DNA of 64,000 bases from Albugo candida (taxonomy: Eukaryota): positions 1 to 64,000 of the forward strand of contig JBDOQK010000041.1 of NCBI GenBank assembly GCA_040437565.1. Reading direction: 5' to 3'. The position numbers and the translations under genes are program-made. Below, in pieces: positions 26,000-37,739 of this stretch. The notes under the pieces were generated by a model that ran no database searches, had not been told where the DNA came from, and saw only the letters and a program-made list of their open reading frames with translations. Each line of letters starts with the position of its first letter. Position 1 is the stretch's first letter.

Positions 26000-27272
26000 C
26001 TTCCGAGTCCTAATGCAAGCAGAATGGGATCTATCTCCAAAATGATCTCGAAAAAAACAGATGAAGAAGTTGGGTAGGTGTTCAGAATATATTGGAATTT
26101 GTGACGCAAATTGCTGAACATTTTGCTGCTGCATGGTCAGAATTTTATTTCCAGCACCAACGCGGTCCGCAGTGAGGCTTTTTGAGATGTAAAGAAAAAG
26201 TCAGAGTCTTTGCTGTATGCTTCCAAGTCGCTTACCGGCTGTCTTAGTATCTGTAAAACAACTTGCTGCAGCAATGTCACAAGTCGACAAACGTTTGATG
26301 AGTGTGACGGCATGTCGAGAAAGTGAGATATTCCACCCTGGCTAATCCTCTCATTACAACCTTCTACTCTCCTTTTCCCACTCATGACTTTATGCATCCC
26401 TTCGGAGGATTCTGAGCCGCGTTAGGTGCTGTACATTTCACAATTGAGTACGTCTGGAAGAACCGGACGTCAAAAATGAAAGATTTGGTGTCGTCATTAC
26501 CATTCGCTTTCTAGAATTTCCCGATAAGCTTCATCATCAATTTTGACTGTCGTGAAGAACAGATGCATTTGATTTCTGCTGGTTTTCGTTTGCTTGAGAT
26601 TGGATGGTACGACTGATTGATCGCCAGTGGAGTTGATTAGTACGTCCCAATAATGTAATAATGACTATAGTATTTTCACCGCACGCATTCGAATTGCTTT
26701 CGATGTGCCACTAGAAGTCGAGCTATCATCTCTTTTCTAATAAAGGGTAAGAGTTTGAAGTGATCGATACTGCTCCTCAATCAGGACATCCAACTCTTGA
26801 GAGAGGCTTTCAAGCATTTGGTGGCATATGACAAGCGGTTGGAATAGGTCTTGCAATCCCTAGCGAGTTGAAAAGTCACAACGGGAGATAAATGAGACGA
26901 CTTGGTTGGGTTCTTGTATGGCCATTCGAAGTAAAGCGTGCAAAAAACTCGAGTTTTTCAGCGATCTGATACAGCTTGAGGTGTTTACAGTACTTGTACA
27001 CCACAGCATTGACTCGATGAATGTAATGATGTGTGATTCTGACGGAATAGGCAACGAAGCAGCTTAGATCCAGTAAGTGGTGATACAATTTGGCAATGTG
27101 TTTGCAAAATACTCTCCCTCATCATGATACGAGTAATGCTATTGAGTTGTGCTTCAGCGTGTGCCATTTGATTGAGATCAGTGCTCATACAGTTCTCTAG
27201 CAATTGCACTATCAACTGAATATGACCATTGTCTACCGCAGCATGAGATCCCGTTGTAAAGGAAACTATCAA
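26000..27272 (-). pseudogene. Possible importin-beta/HEAT-repeat pseudogene
   Basis: IQLIVQLLENCMSTDLNQMAHAEAQLNSI resembles importin-beta N-termini (L..lL....s.d.....AE.qL). Further short helical ORF fragments follow on the same strand with stops and frameshifts. Confidence 0.35.
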
Positions 27273-28052
27273 CTATATGATCAGATCTGAGCTAGCGGAG
27301 GGGCTATCGGCTCCGCAAGTCTTGATAGAAAGGCTTGTGGAGAGAATGGTAAAAATTAGAATTCATTTAAAATGTAGTAATGCCTTTCCTGCTTAAACTA
27401 ACGGCTTCATGTAACCTTCAACTATCATGTCTACACGCGGCATGTCAGATGTACAGTAAATGTATTACTCAATACAGTCAAAATCGACAATGTTGTTGAC
27501 ATCCAGTGACGACTGCCATCACCTTGCAATACGTACATATGGTAAGCATCAAGGAGCCACATATATGCAGAATAAAGCTTCAAAATTCCAAGTAGAATGC
27601 ACGCCGATACTCTATTCCAAGTTCTTATATAATGTAGTTGAGGAACTAGACCAGAGCTAACCATCCTTTTTCTGCCGTAGCATACCACATTAGCGCATTG
27701 AATTCCACATACGTGCTTCATGACCGTAAACACGAAATAGCGGGACTGACTGGATGATGTGAGCGCTCATTAAATCAATTTTAGCGAAAGCCTTTGGAAT
27801 TGCGGAAGACATCCACAGCAGTATCCCAGCCCAGATAAGCATCTACAGCGCTCTTCCGTACTCTGATGGTTGACCTAGATGACTTTCTGTTTCTTTTTCT
27901 GTACACTAAAATTACGTATTACGCCAATACTGCGAGCGTCTATAGTAGCGATGTGCTGTCTCACCTTCTCAGCTACAAGAGGCTGATTCGAACGATACTT
28001 TATGTCATCATTTGACCATTACATGCATTCATTCAGCGCATCAGGTCAAAGA

Positions 28053-31000
28053 TGCTCGATATAGACTTGCACTGTGATAAAAGAATACTATATTTAGGTT
28101 ATTCCTGTCGACAGCTCACACACTTTCATGCTGCTAAGTTTTTCTCGCCGTGAGCTCCTCACCAATCAATCGGTTGGTTGTAGCCCTAACGCCTTGTCTA
28201 TCCTATGCAGTTACCAAAAACAATAAGGGTTGTGTCGCCAGTAGCATCCCGAACCGTTTCGTGTGGAGGTTCTCATTCCCTTTCAACACTCCTCCTGGGC
28301 TACGGCTCCACCGCTTTGCATAATTCATCGTTTGACCTTTGCATCTGGTTCGAGTCTCACCAACTCACATCCACGCGAGCTTTGCCGCATCCACAGCCTT
28401 TGTCATTAGGTCTGCAAGTTGCAATTCAGACCGCGCGTACTTCGCCAATATAACTTCACGTTTCGCGTTGTCACGCACAAACTTGAGGCGCACGTGGATG
28501 GGTTTCGTTTTCAGGGACGATGTATCACCGTCTAGCTACTTGATGGCGGCTTGGTTGTCGATGTGCAGCGTCATAGGCAGTTCGTGCGCCATCTCGATTT
28601 CACATAGCATTTTTCGGATGCCAAGCACATCGCGCTCCTGTTCCGACGCGGCAACAAACCTATGCTTCCATGGTGGGGAGCGATACGCCACCTTGAATCT
28701 TGGCCGTCCAGTTTACTGCTATTCCGTTTAGGAGGATCACACCACCAGTTAGCGACTTACGATCCGCCTTGTCGGCAGCAAAATCCGCATCCGAGTAGGA
28801 CTCTCAAGTCACCGTCATGCCCGCGCTCTTCTTTGGGGTCATGCGCAGCTTGTAAACACGTGTACCCTTAAGGTCGTGCAATGCGCTTGGCAGTTTTATT
28901 ATCACGGATGCGTGGCTGATATGTCTGGTGCATCGCCTTATGGACGGCGAAGGCAATGTCTGGCTGCGTACAGCGCGCCACCCGCAGTACAGTAAACTCC
29001 CAACGAGAGATTGAAAACTCCGTATTCTTGGGCCATCGCCGTCTGTTGCGATCAGCAGCGCGCTGTCTGCCGATGGAGCTTTGTAACAGTCTGACCCAAT
29101 AGGAGTTCGGGTAGAATTCGAATCTTCGAGTCCGTGCTCTCTCAGAAGATCGCCGATGGCACTTTCCTGGTCGATCACGTAGCTTTCATGGTCGTCGACA
29201 GCTACTTGCATTCCCAAAAATTTGCTCAAGGCGCCTAAGTCCTTGATTGCAAGGCTGCCAAGGCTCGCAAAAAAACGGTCAACAGCTTCCACACGTGCCG
29301 GTCGCGAGCAGAAACATATACTCTGACCACGACGAGATCGCTTCCATCCTTCTTTCAGTACAAGCACATGTCCGACGCGCACTGCTTTATTCTAGAAGGC
29401 GAGCATGTAGTAATTAGCTCCACAGCCTTCCGGCCTGTTTAAGGCCGTGAAGGCTCTTGCGAACTTGCAGCACAAGATCACTCACGCTTGCTGCTCATAG
29501 TTTATTGACGGTATCGCTGCTTACGACCATCCCTTTGGGCAATTTCAGTAGATCGCGAGGTTGGCCACTTTATCGGCCTTAACGTAGGCGTTGGGGATGT
29601 CACCATGTTTTGCGTGGACCCCCCCCCACGTAGCCGCGAGAGCCATTATCACGTTGAAGGTTGACATATCCATCACTGTTAGAACATAATCAACTCCAAA
29701 CACTTGCTCGTTTCCACCCGCTACGATACGTGCTTTGAGACGCTCAACATCTCCGTCGGCGTTCGTCTTCGTCTTATACACCCTCTTTGTGTGGAGTGCG
29801 TTGCTACCGACTGAACGTTTTATGAGGCGCCAGACGTCGCTGCCTTCAAGCGCTTTTGGTTCTTCATGCATTACAATTTGCCAATCCTTACTTTTCGCGC
29901 TTCCCATCGCTTTCCCGTAGTTCTTTGGGTCTCGTTCATACACGTGGTTGACAACACTCGTGTTACTACTACTGCCTCCTCCTGCGCAGCGAATTTCTGC
30001 GCGCGCTTCGTCACACCACGCGCTGGGCACGTTTGACGTTGTTGCCTGTGCCGCTTCCGGCGCTGTCGCTCACGATGCTTTCGTCATCGCTGCAAGGTTC
30101 GTTATCTTGGGTGCATGTGGCGTGGCTTGGTCATCGCGTTCGATTGCGCATTGGAGCTGTCTGTTCTGCTCATCGCTGAGCGTCGAAACATTTTTAATAT
30201 GCTGCGTGACAATCACGACATTGTCTTTCTTCAAGAAGACTCTGTACCCTTTAGTCTCGTCACCCATCCCGAATATGATACCAGCATGTGCTCACCGCGC
30301 CAGCGAAGTTTTGATAGGGGTCTCGGTAAAACGTGCAAACCGAGCCGAAAACCACCACATCGCACAAGTCTGGGGCCACCTTGGTAAGTACTTGAAGTGT
30401 TGATGCGCTGCATAAATTTGAACTCGTCAGACTTCGGTTCAAGATCTAGATTGCGTAATAGACGGCGTCGCCCCAGAAGAACAAATGCAAGCGACTTGCG
30501 AAGATCATGGAACGCTCCATGCTGAGAACGGTCCGATGCATTCGCTCTGTCTTCCCGTTCGACGATTGATTTCGTGGTTCAAAGACCCGGTGAGGGACGC
30601 CTGTACGCTTGCAAAACAGGTCAACGTTCCCTTACTTGATCCCACCGTCCGTCCTGACTACATGAATACGACAATTAATTCGCTTTTCGAAAAACACCAA
30701 AAAGTGTTCTAACTTGTTTGAAGCCTTGTCCTTGGTCGGAGCCAGGAACAGACGGCAATAGTGGGTCTTGTGGTCGACAAAGTTTACAAGGTATTGGTTG
30801 CCTTGGCGGTCCTTAGGCGTCATGGGGCCTTTCAATTCCGAGCGGATAACTTCCCCAATCCTGTCGATTGGCGAGTTAATGTCGCTGTCGTTTCTCGATT
30901 GAGCATTTTTTGTCTGCTTTCCTTCGGCGCATGAGAGACACGTAAATTGTCGCCTGTTCGTCAGCTTGATTCCCGACGCGGGGTCCGTTGCCATTAGCTC

Positions 31001-33037
31001 TACAATGTCATACGACGGGTGTCCGAGTCGCTTGGTGGAATTGCATAAGCGTCCCACTTTGTGTGTCCGGCGTAGGATCTGCCGTTGCTTCTTCAGACAG
31101 GATTATCATGAGAACGTCACCTGGAGTGCCTCTTCCATACAATTTCGACGCTGTTTGAACGTAGAGAACATTACTTTTCATCTTCAAATCGAAAGCCACT
31201 TCTCCGCTACTGCGTTCGACGAGCACGCGCGTTGAACCATCATACTTCAGACCAAAACCTCTGAGCTCGAGCTTACCGTACGATACGATGTTGCGCTCGA
31301 GCTGAGTCGCTAGGTAAACGTCGGTGAGCTTGACCGTGCGCTCCTTTCGTTCTGCCATCATCCGCAGGTGGACGCTTCCGACTCTTGTTATCATTAACGT
31401 CTCTCCATCCGCCATGTTACAACCATGGCTGCAGTCCCTTCTTCCTCCAACAAGCTTTCGTCGTTCACAAGGTGTAGACTTGAGCCACTATCCAAAATCC
31501 ATTGGTCTGGTTCCTTCTTTGCACCGCCATCTGCTGGGACCAGATCCTTGATCTTTCTGTTGGGTGTCGAGATTTCGATCTTTCTTCCGACGTTCGTCAT
31601 AGCCAGAACGAGATCCGCACCACCTCTGCCGCGACGTTCTCCGTGATTCTTTCTATCTCGGCTGCGACAGTCAGCCTTGATGTGCCCGGGGTTTCCGCAG
31701 CTAAAACACACGCGCGACTCTTTCTTTGTTGACACCTCGTCTACATGAGCGACGACATCTAGTCCTAGCGTACGGCCCTTGCGCGTCTTAAGCTCCACAG
31801 ACTGTGAAAAGTGGGCGAGCTGCTTGGCTTGACGGAGATAGTCGGATCTCAAATTGTCGTACTTGGCCATGAGTACTGTGATCAGGTCTTCTCACGCATA
31901 ATGCACGATTTTGTCTAGCATCTGTTGATCCGCTCTACCACATGCGCCCCTCGCGGCGACAAAGTAGAGATAGTGTTCTGGCCAGCTTCGCTTAGGGTCT
32001 TCATGCGCCGTAAAGAGCTGTTACGACTGGGACGCCGTGATCGTGGTCTTGAAAGTCTGTAGTAGCCTTTCCATGACATGGTTTAGTGTCGGTAGTTGCG
32101 TCCACCACACATCCAACTGCTTGTTGTAATAGCATTCTTCTGTGCCACTCAAATAGTGTCCAATGAAGTCAGCTTTGACTTCTTCGGACCAGACAGAACC
32201 GCACGCGTGCTATGCCATTGTGACCTGTCTCAAGAACGTTCGCCCCCAGTCAAGGAATCCGGAGCCGAGCCTATGGTAGAGCTCCCTCCCGTCAAACTTC
32301 CTGATTGCCAGCTTCCGCTGACGTGCGTCTGGAATTGGATGCACAGGCCTCTCTGCCTTGGGCTCGTGCTGATGCCTCTGTTGCGCGGGGAAGCGCTGTC
32401 ACGGCTTCGCTGTCACTTAATGCGGCCCGAGTGTCTCAACGTGCACTTCATGCGCCAGCGACGCTTCTTGTCGCCTCGGTGGCGAATTCCCAAGCGCGTC
32501 TAGGTGCATTGGAACCGCGTTTCCCATTTTGCGCCCGATCAAAGAGCTACAAATAACCCTCTCGGTCGCGCCTCGCAGTCGCTCATTTTCGTCGATCTTC
32601 ATCTGAGACGCTTCCATGCGCTCCATGCGACCTTCGAGCCCCATGAGCCTCTTGAGTATCCTTTCGTTTGCGCCCGAGCCAGTTTCGTGGGCTCGTGGTT
32701 CGACGACAATGGCAGGCGCCGATATGGCCCTTTCGTTGCCGGTAGTTGGCCGCCTTCTGCCGGGTTGCTGGTGTCGTCGTCGTAGTTCGTACTTGGGCTC
32801 ATAACTGGTTCGATATAGACTTGCACTGTGATAAAAAATATACTATAGTTAGCTTATTCCTGCCTACAGTTCACACACTTTCGTGCTGCTTATACTTTCT
32901 TCCCGTGAGTTCCTCACCGATCAATCGGTTCTAGCCCTAACGCCTTGTCAATCCTATGTAGATACTAAAAACAAAAAGTTTGTGTCGTCAGTCGCATCCC
33001 GAACCGTTTCGTGTGCAGATTCCCATTCTTTTCAACA
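28053..33037 (-). mobile_element. Full-length decayed Ty1/copia element B (4985 bp): LTRs 28053-28288 and 32807-33037, TSD AAAGA
   Basis: Order gag (zinc knuckle CFSCGNPGHIKADC), protease (WILDSGSS), integrase (RLGH...CLSCAEGK, VRTDGG), RT (KARIVAGG), RNase H. PPT (aggaggag) abuts the 3' LTR. AAAGA at 28048-28052 and 33038-33042. Many frameshifts. Confidence 0.96.
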
Positions 33038-33292
33038 AAAGACTCAATCGATGTAATGTTTTACATAATTGCATCCCCTGCTCCCATATCGAAGTATCGT
33101 GTGAATTCGAATCATTGCCCTAAATAAAAGCCTTCGTCTCACAAGTATGCGACATTCGGGCATGTACCGCTGTATTCACAATAGAAGCTATTCCCTGTGT
33201 GCTGACAATCCGAAAGCAATGTGGATAACGGGCGGTCAAAATTACATTACGTCTACTGCCCTAGCCCTACCTATTCAGAGTCGTCACCGTGA

Positions 33293-36200
33293 TGTCTGGA
33301 AGATGGTCGATATGTATAATGTCATTTAACGACTGTGCTGTTTCAGATAGTGTGCGATGTTGAAGTTTGTACGCGGACAGGATACATAGGAAATGCATAT
33401 GATACATTTTAGCACTAAACACAGAGGAAGGGGGAGTTAATAGGTTATGAGCTCAAAGATGCATGTCGTATCCACGCGCGCCGAGAGCGTGCAAACGACC
33501 TCAGACGGCCGCGTACAGGTCGACATATCTGCACCCACCGAGACTGTAGTGACAGATGCTCGTGAGTGAGAGGTGCCTTCAGTGATGTGAACATCAAAAT
33601 ACTCGAGTCATTGACAGCCATAAAGAACGCATGAGTTGCCTGGAGATGTCACAGCTCAAAAGAAAAGAAGACGAGCGCATGAAGGGCGCTCAAGAAAACG
33701 ATGTATTTCAGTCGGCGTTTGGGAGATGTTTTGGTTCGTCGCGCATGGAGACGAGTGTGCTACTTCTGGGAAAGGATGCAATGCGTTATCAACGGTTTTC
33801 TTTGCGCACGCCTCCACCTGTCCTAGCTCCAGTACCAGGGTACCACATTTTCAGAGCTCAATGTACCGTCAGCATGAGGAATATGCAGCCATGAGGCAAG
33901 GGTAACTAATGCCTAAAACTCAGATGCGGAGCAAGCATCCATGCCGCCCAACGCACCTCCACATTATAACTCACCTCAGTTGGTTGGAGTTAGAATGCCA
34001 GAGCCCAATTGATGAAAAGGAGCTCTACGAAGGGCTACGTTTGAATTTTTGGATTGCGGTCATCTTTTCGCTCGACAGCTGGTGTTGGCTCAGATGGCGT
34101 GTGGTTTCGAGTGGTCAGAAGAAGTCAAGGCTGACCTCTTGGGTCACTACCTGATGCACCACGGAGCGGTATTACCACAAGCAACTAGAGAGCTGGTGGT
34201 AACAGCAACCGACGCTGCAATACGTATTGGAACGTTTGCATCAAAGTTTTCGGAAGACTATCACTCAAGCTCAAGCAATAAAGCTTCTTACCGCGAGAAA
34301 GGACCCGAAGCTTTCTTGGCCCGGACATTTTCTATATCTAGTCGCTCTGAGTGATGCGACGAATGGCTCAGAGGCGCTAGTGCTCGAAAATATAGTTCAG
34401 TGCGCATCAACTGACCTCCGACACGTGCTCATGGCTAAGTACTATAATAATCGTATGGATTTTTTTGACATGCCGAGGAGCTGGCGCATTTCGTGCGAGC
34501 CATTGAAATTGATATGCGTGGTAGAAAGACGACAGGGAAGGTTGTAAGATGTGGTGCTGCGGAGAATCAGAGCCACGAAACGATACCCGAACTTGCTGCA
34601 ATTGCAACAACGTTGGCCACATTGCAGTTGATTGTCGTGGAAAGAAAAAAGGGGTGGAGAAAAAGGACACGAACCTGGTGTTCATATGACTCTCGCTATA
34701 GTTGATGATCGAGAAATTTTTCAAGATCAATGGATTCTGGACAGCGGGTTCAGTCGAAACCTTGTCAACGACGAGAGAATGCTTGAAGAATCTCGTGATT
34801 GTGACAGCGAGTGCATCTTACCAGATGGAAAATCGCTTCTTGTCACGATGATTGGATCAGTTCGGCTTCATGTAACTGTGTCTAGGGAATCTCGTACCGT
34901 GCAATTAATTGATGTCCAGCCTTGCCCCATTGATTACCAGGAATACTATACCGTATAGAAAGTTGGAGAAGAAGGTTTCAAAATTGCATATGGGGATGGT
35001 TCTCGGCCATTAGTGCATTTATATTCTGGTGCGGAGGCGTTCAATGTACAAATGAACAATAATGTGCTAATGGTTCAAGTCGAATCGAATCGCCCAATAA
35101 CGAGTTCACGTGATGTAATTAGGGCGGTAATTAATAAAGAATCGACTTCCAGTGATGATGGAGACATGCAAGGCGGCACGATGATGCAATTCCATCAACG
35201 TATGGCTCATATATATAAGGTACCAAATTTGAGTTCGATTATGGCTTTGTTTCAATATGCACTGTGTACATAGACCCGCGCAAGAATTCTCTACAGCAGC
35301 GAGCGCAAGTTGAAATACTCATCAGCAAGAGTAATGAGATGAAGGGATTCCGCGTATATTCAAAGGAGGAAAGGTTGTTCATTGTTACCCAGCATGTCAA
35401 CAATATCCAGACTTTGGCTGAAGCGCAAAACTCGCATGTTTAGCGTGGACTTGGCTTGGCAGAGAGCGCGTCATGTGACGGGTTCGACAAAAAAACCTCG
35501 ATGATTGTTGGTCAGCAAAGGAGATAGCTGAGAAAGTGTTGATCCACATTGTCGAGCGCGATCCAGCTAACTATGGCGAAGCGATGAAGAGCTCAAAAGA
35601 ACAAGAATTGAATAAAGCGATGGAAGAAGAAATATCTCCTTTGAATCGCCTAGGAGTTTTCGAAGTCATTAAACGACCTTATGACAGCAATATTCTGCAC
35701 AGCAAGTGGTTTTTCAAGACGAAGACGGACGCTGAAGGCAAAATTGAGAGATCCAGAGCTTGACTTGTTGCTTACGGAAATGAGCAAAAGTTTGGAGTTG
35801 ATTTTTTTCTAACTTTTGCGGCGGTCATGGACATGTCAGCAGTGATAATTGTATTGACTTTGGCGGTTATTTGGGGCGTTCCTGCTCACCCATGGTGACG
35901 TACCAAAATCGTACACAAAGAGAGTGGGCTGGACATTTTTCTACATGTACCAGGCGGGATGGTGTTTACAATTCGAGAGCTCCAAGTTTTGGAGTGAGAA
36001 GCAGCAGCGAACGTGTGCTGAAATTGCATAAGACACTATACGGTACTAAGCAGGCCGGTCGTTTATGGAGCAAATTACTCTATGTGAACCTTACTGGAGC
36101 TGGATAAGGGCCCTATATCACGGATATGTGCCTTTATTACAAGGTTATTGACGAGAACATCATCGTTGTTGGGGAATATGTAGATGATCTTCTCGTAACA

Positions 36201-37471
36201 TCGACAAATGCTGACTAAATTCAAGATTTCTTCAAAAGACTTGCGTTCTTGTCCATCAAGCAGCTTGGACCAGTCAGAAATTTTCTTGGAATGCGCATCA
36301 ACACTATCGAGAGAAGTTGATACATTCTGGATCACGAAGAGGCGATCGATGATCTTCTTCGTGATGCCGGGATGAACTTGATTAAGACCGGGCACACGCC
36401 AATCGGTGACGACAGCTACGAGGTATCCTTGGATAATGAAGATCTGCTGATGATTCATGGGAGTGAAGGCCAGCCAACAGTCAAGGATTTTCAATCTGTT
36501 GTAGGCAGTCTGCTATGGGTGCCACGTTGCACCCGTCCCGACATTGCTTTCACTGTTCATAAGGCAAGAAGACAAACACATGAGCCAAGTATTCGCGATT
36601 GGAATCGCAAAACGCATCGTGCGTTAACTGATGGGGAGCAAGACGCTTAAGATGCACATGGTGCTAACTGAATACTGGTTCTCCGCTTAATCTTGCGTCC
36701 TTCAGCGATGCATATTTTGCTTTGGACAAGCGGATCACAAGTTGTTGACCGGAGCCGTCATGGTGACAAATGGCATGATTGTCAGCTGGATAAGCAAGAA
36801 ACAGGGTGGTGTTTCGTTGTCCACAATGGAAGCTGAGTTCGTCGCTGCTTCAGACGCGGCACGAGAGTTACTTGATGTCCGTGAACTGCTGCAGGAACTG
36901 GGCTTGGTAAATTTGACCCCGCTGCCAATGATGATTGACAATCAGGCTGCGATTAAGAACCTGGAAGGTGAGTCATCACCTGCTAAAGCAAAGCACATCG
37001 ACATAAGGGTGAAGTTCGTGTGTGATCAAGCGAGACGTGGGTTTATGTTGTACCCCATTACGTACCTTCGGACAAGATGATCGCCGACATCGTGATAAAG
37101 GCGCTCGATTTCCACAAGCTTGCCAATCTGCGCGCACTCGTGAATTTGCGTAACAACAACACGGCCGAGAAGGAGTGTTGAAAGTTGGTCGATATGTACG
37201 ATGTCATTTAACTACCGTGTTGTTTGGAATAGTGCGCGATGTTGAAGTTTCATGCGGACAGAATACATAGGAAATGCATTTGATAACATTTGATAACAGT
37301 TTCACATTTCTGTACTACAGCACAGAGGCAGGGGGAGTTGATGCATCTACTATAAGCCATACTACGGCATATAAAAGCTGGCGCTATCTACAGCGTGAAC
37401 ACTTATCAATGACTACATCTCATTTTGTATATCTTTTGCACCACTTCATTCAGTGCAAACGACACTCAACA
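33293..37471 (+). mobile_element. Decayed Ty1/copia element C of a second family: shortened 5' LTR (~33293-33442), 3' LTR 37176-37471
   Basis: PBS ggttatgagctcaa at 33443. WILDSGFS protease, SKWFFKTK RT, CTRPDIAF, STMEAEFVAAS and KAKHIDIR RNase H. PPT gagaaggag precedes tgttgaaag...ctcaaca. Confidence 0.93.
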
Positions 37472-37739
37472 TGATATATATCCATCGATTCTAACTCATC
37501 CGTTGGTTCCGACTTCGATCGCCTGAAAAGCGCCGACTTTGTCAAAACGAAGATGTCACTAATTAGCATCCAGGATTATAATTAGAGACTTGTCAGGTGT
37601 GATCAATACGTGTATTTATCGTTAATTTTATTGAGTCATNNNNNNNNNNNNNNNNNNNNNNNNNNNNNNNNNNNNNNNNNNNNNNNNNNNNNNNNNNNNN
37701 NNNNNNNNNNNNNNNNNNNNNNNNNNNNNNNNNNNNNNN

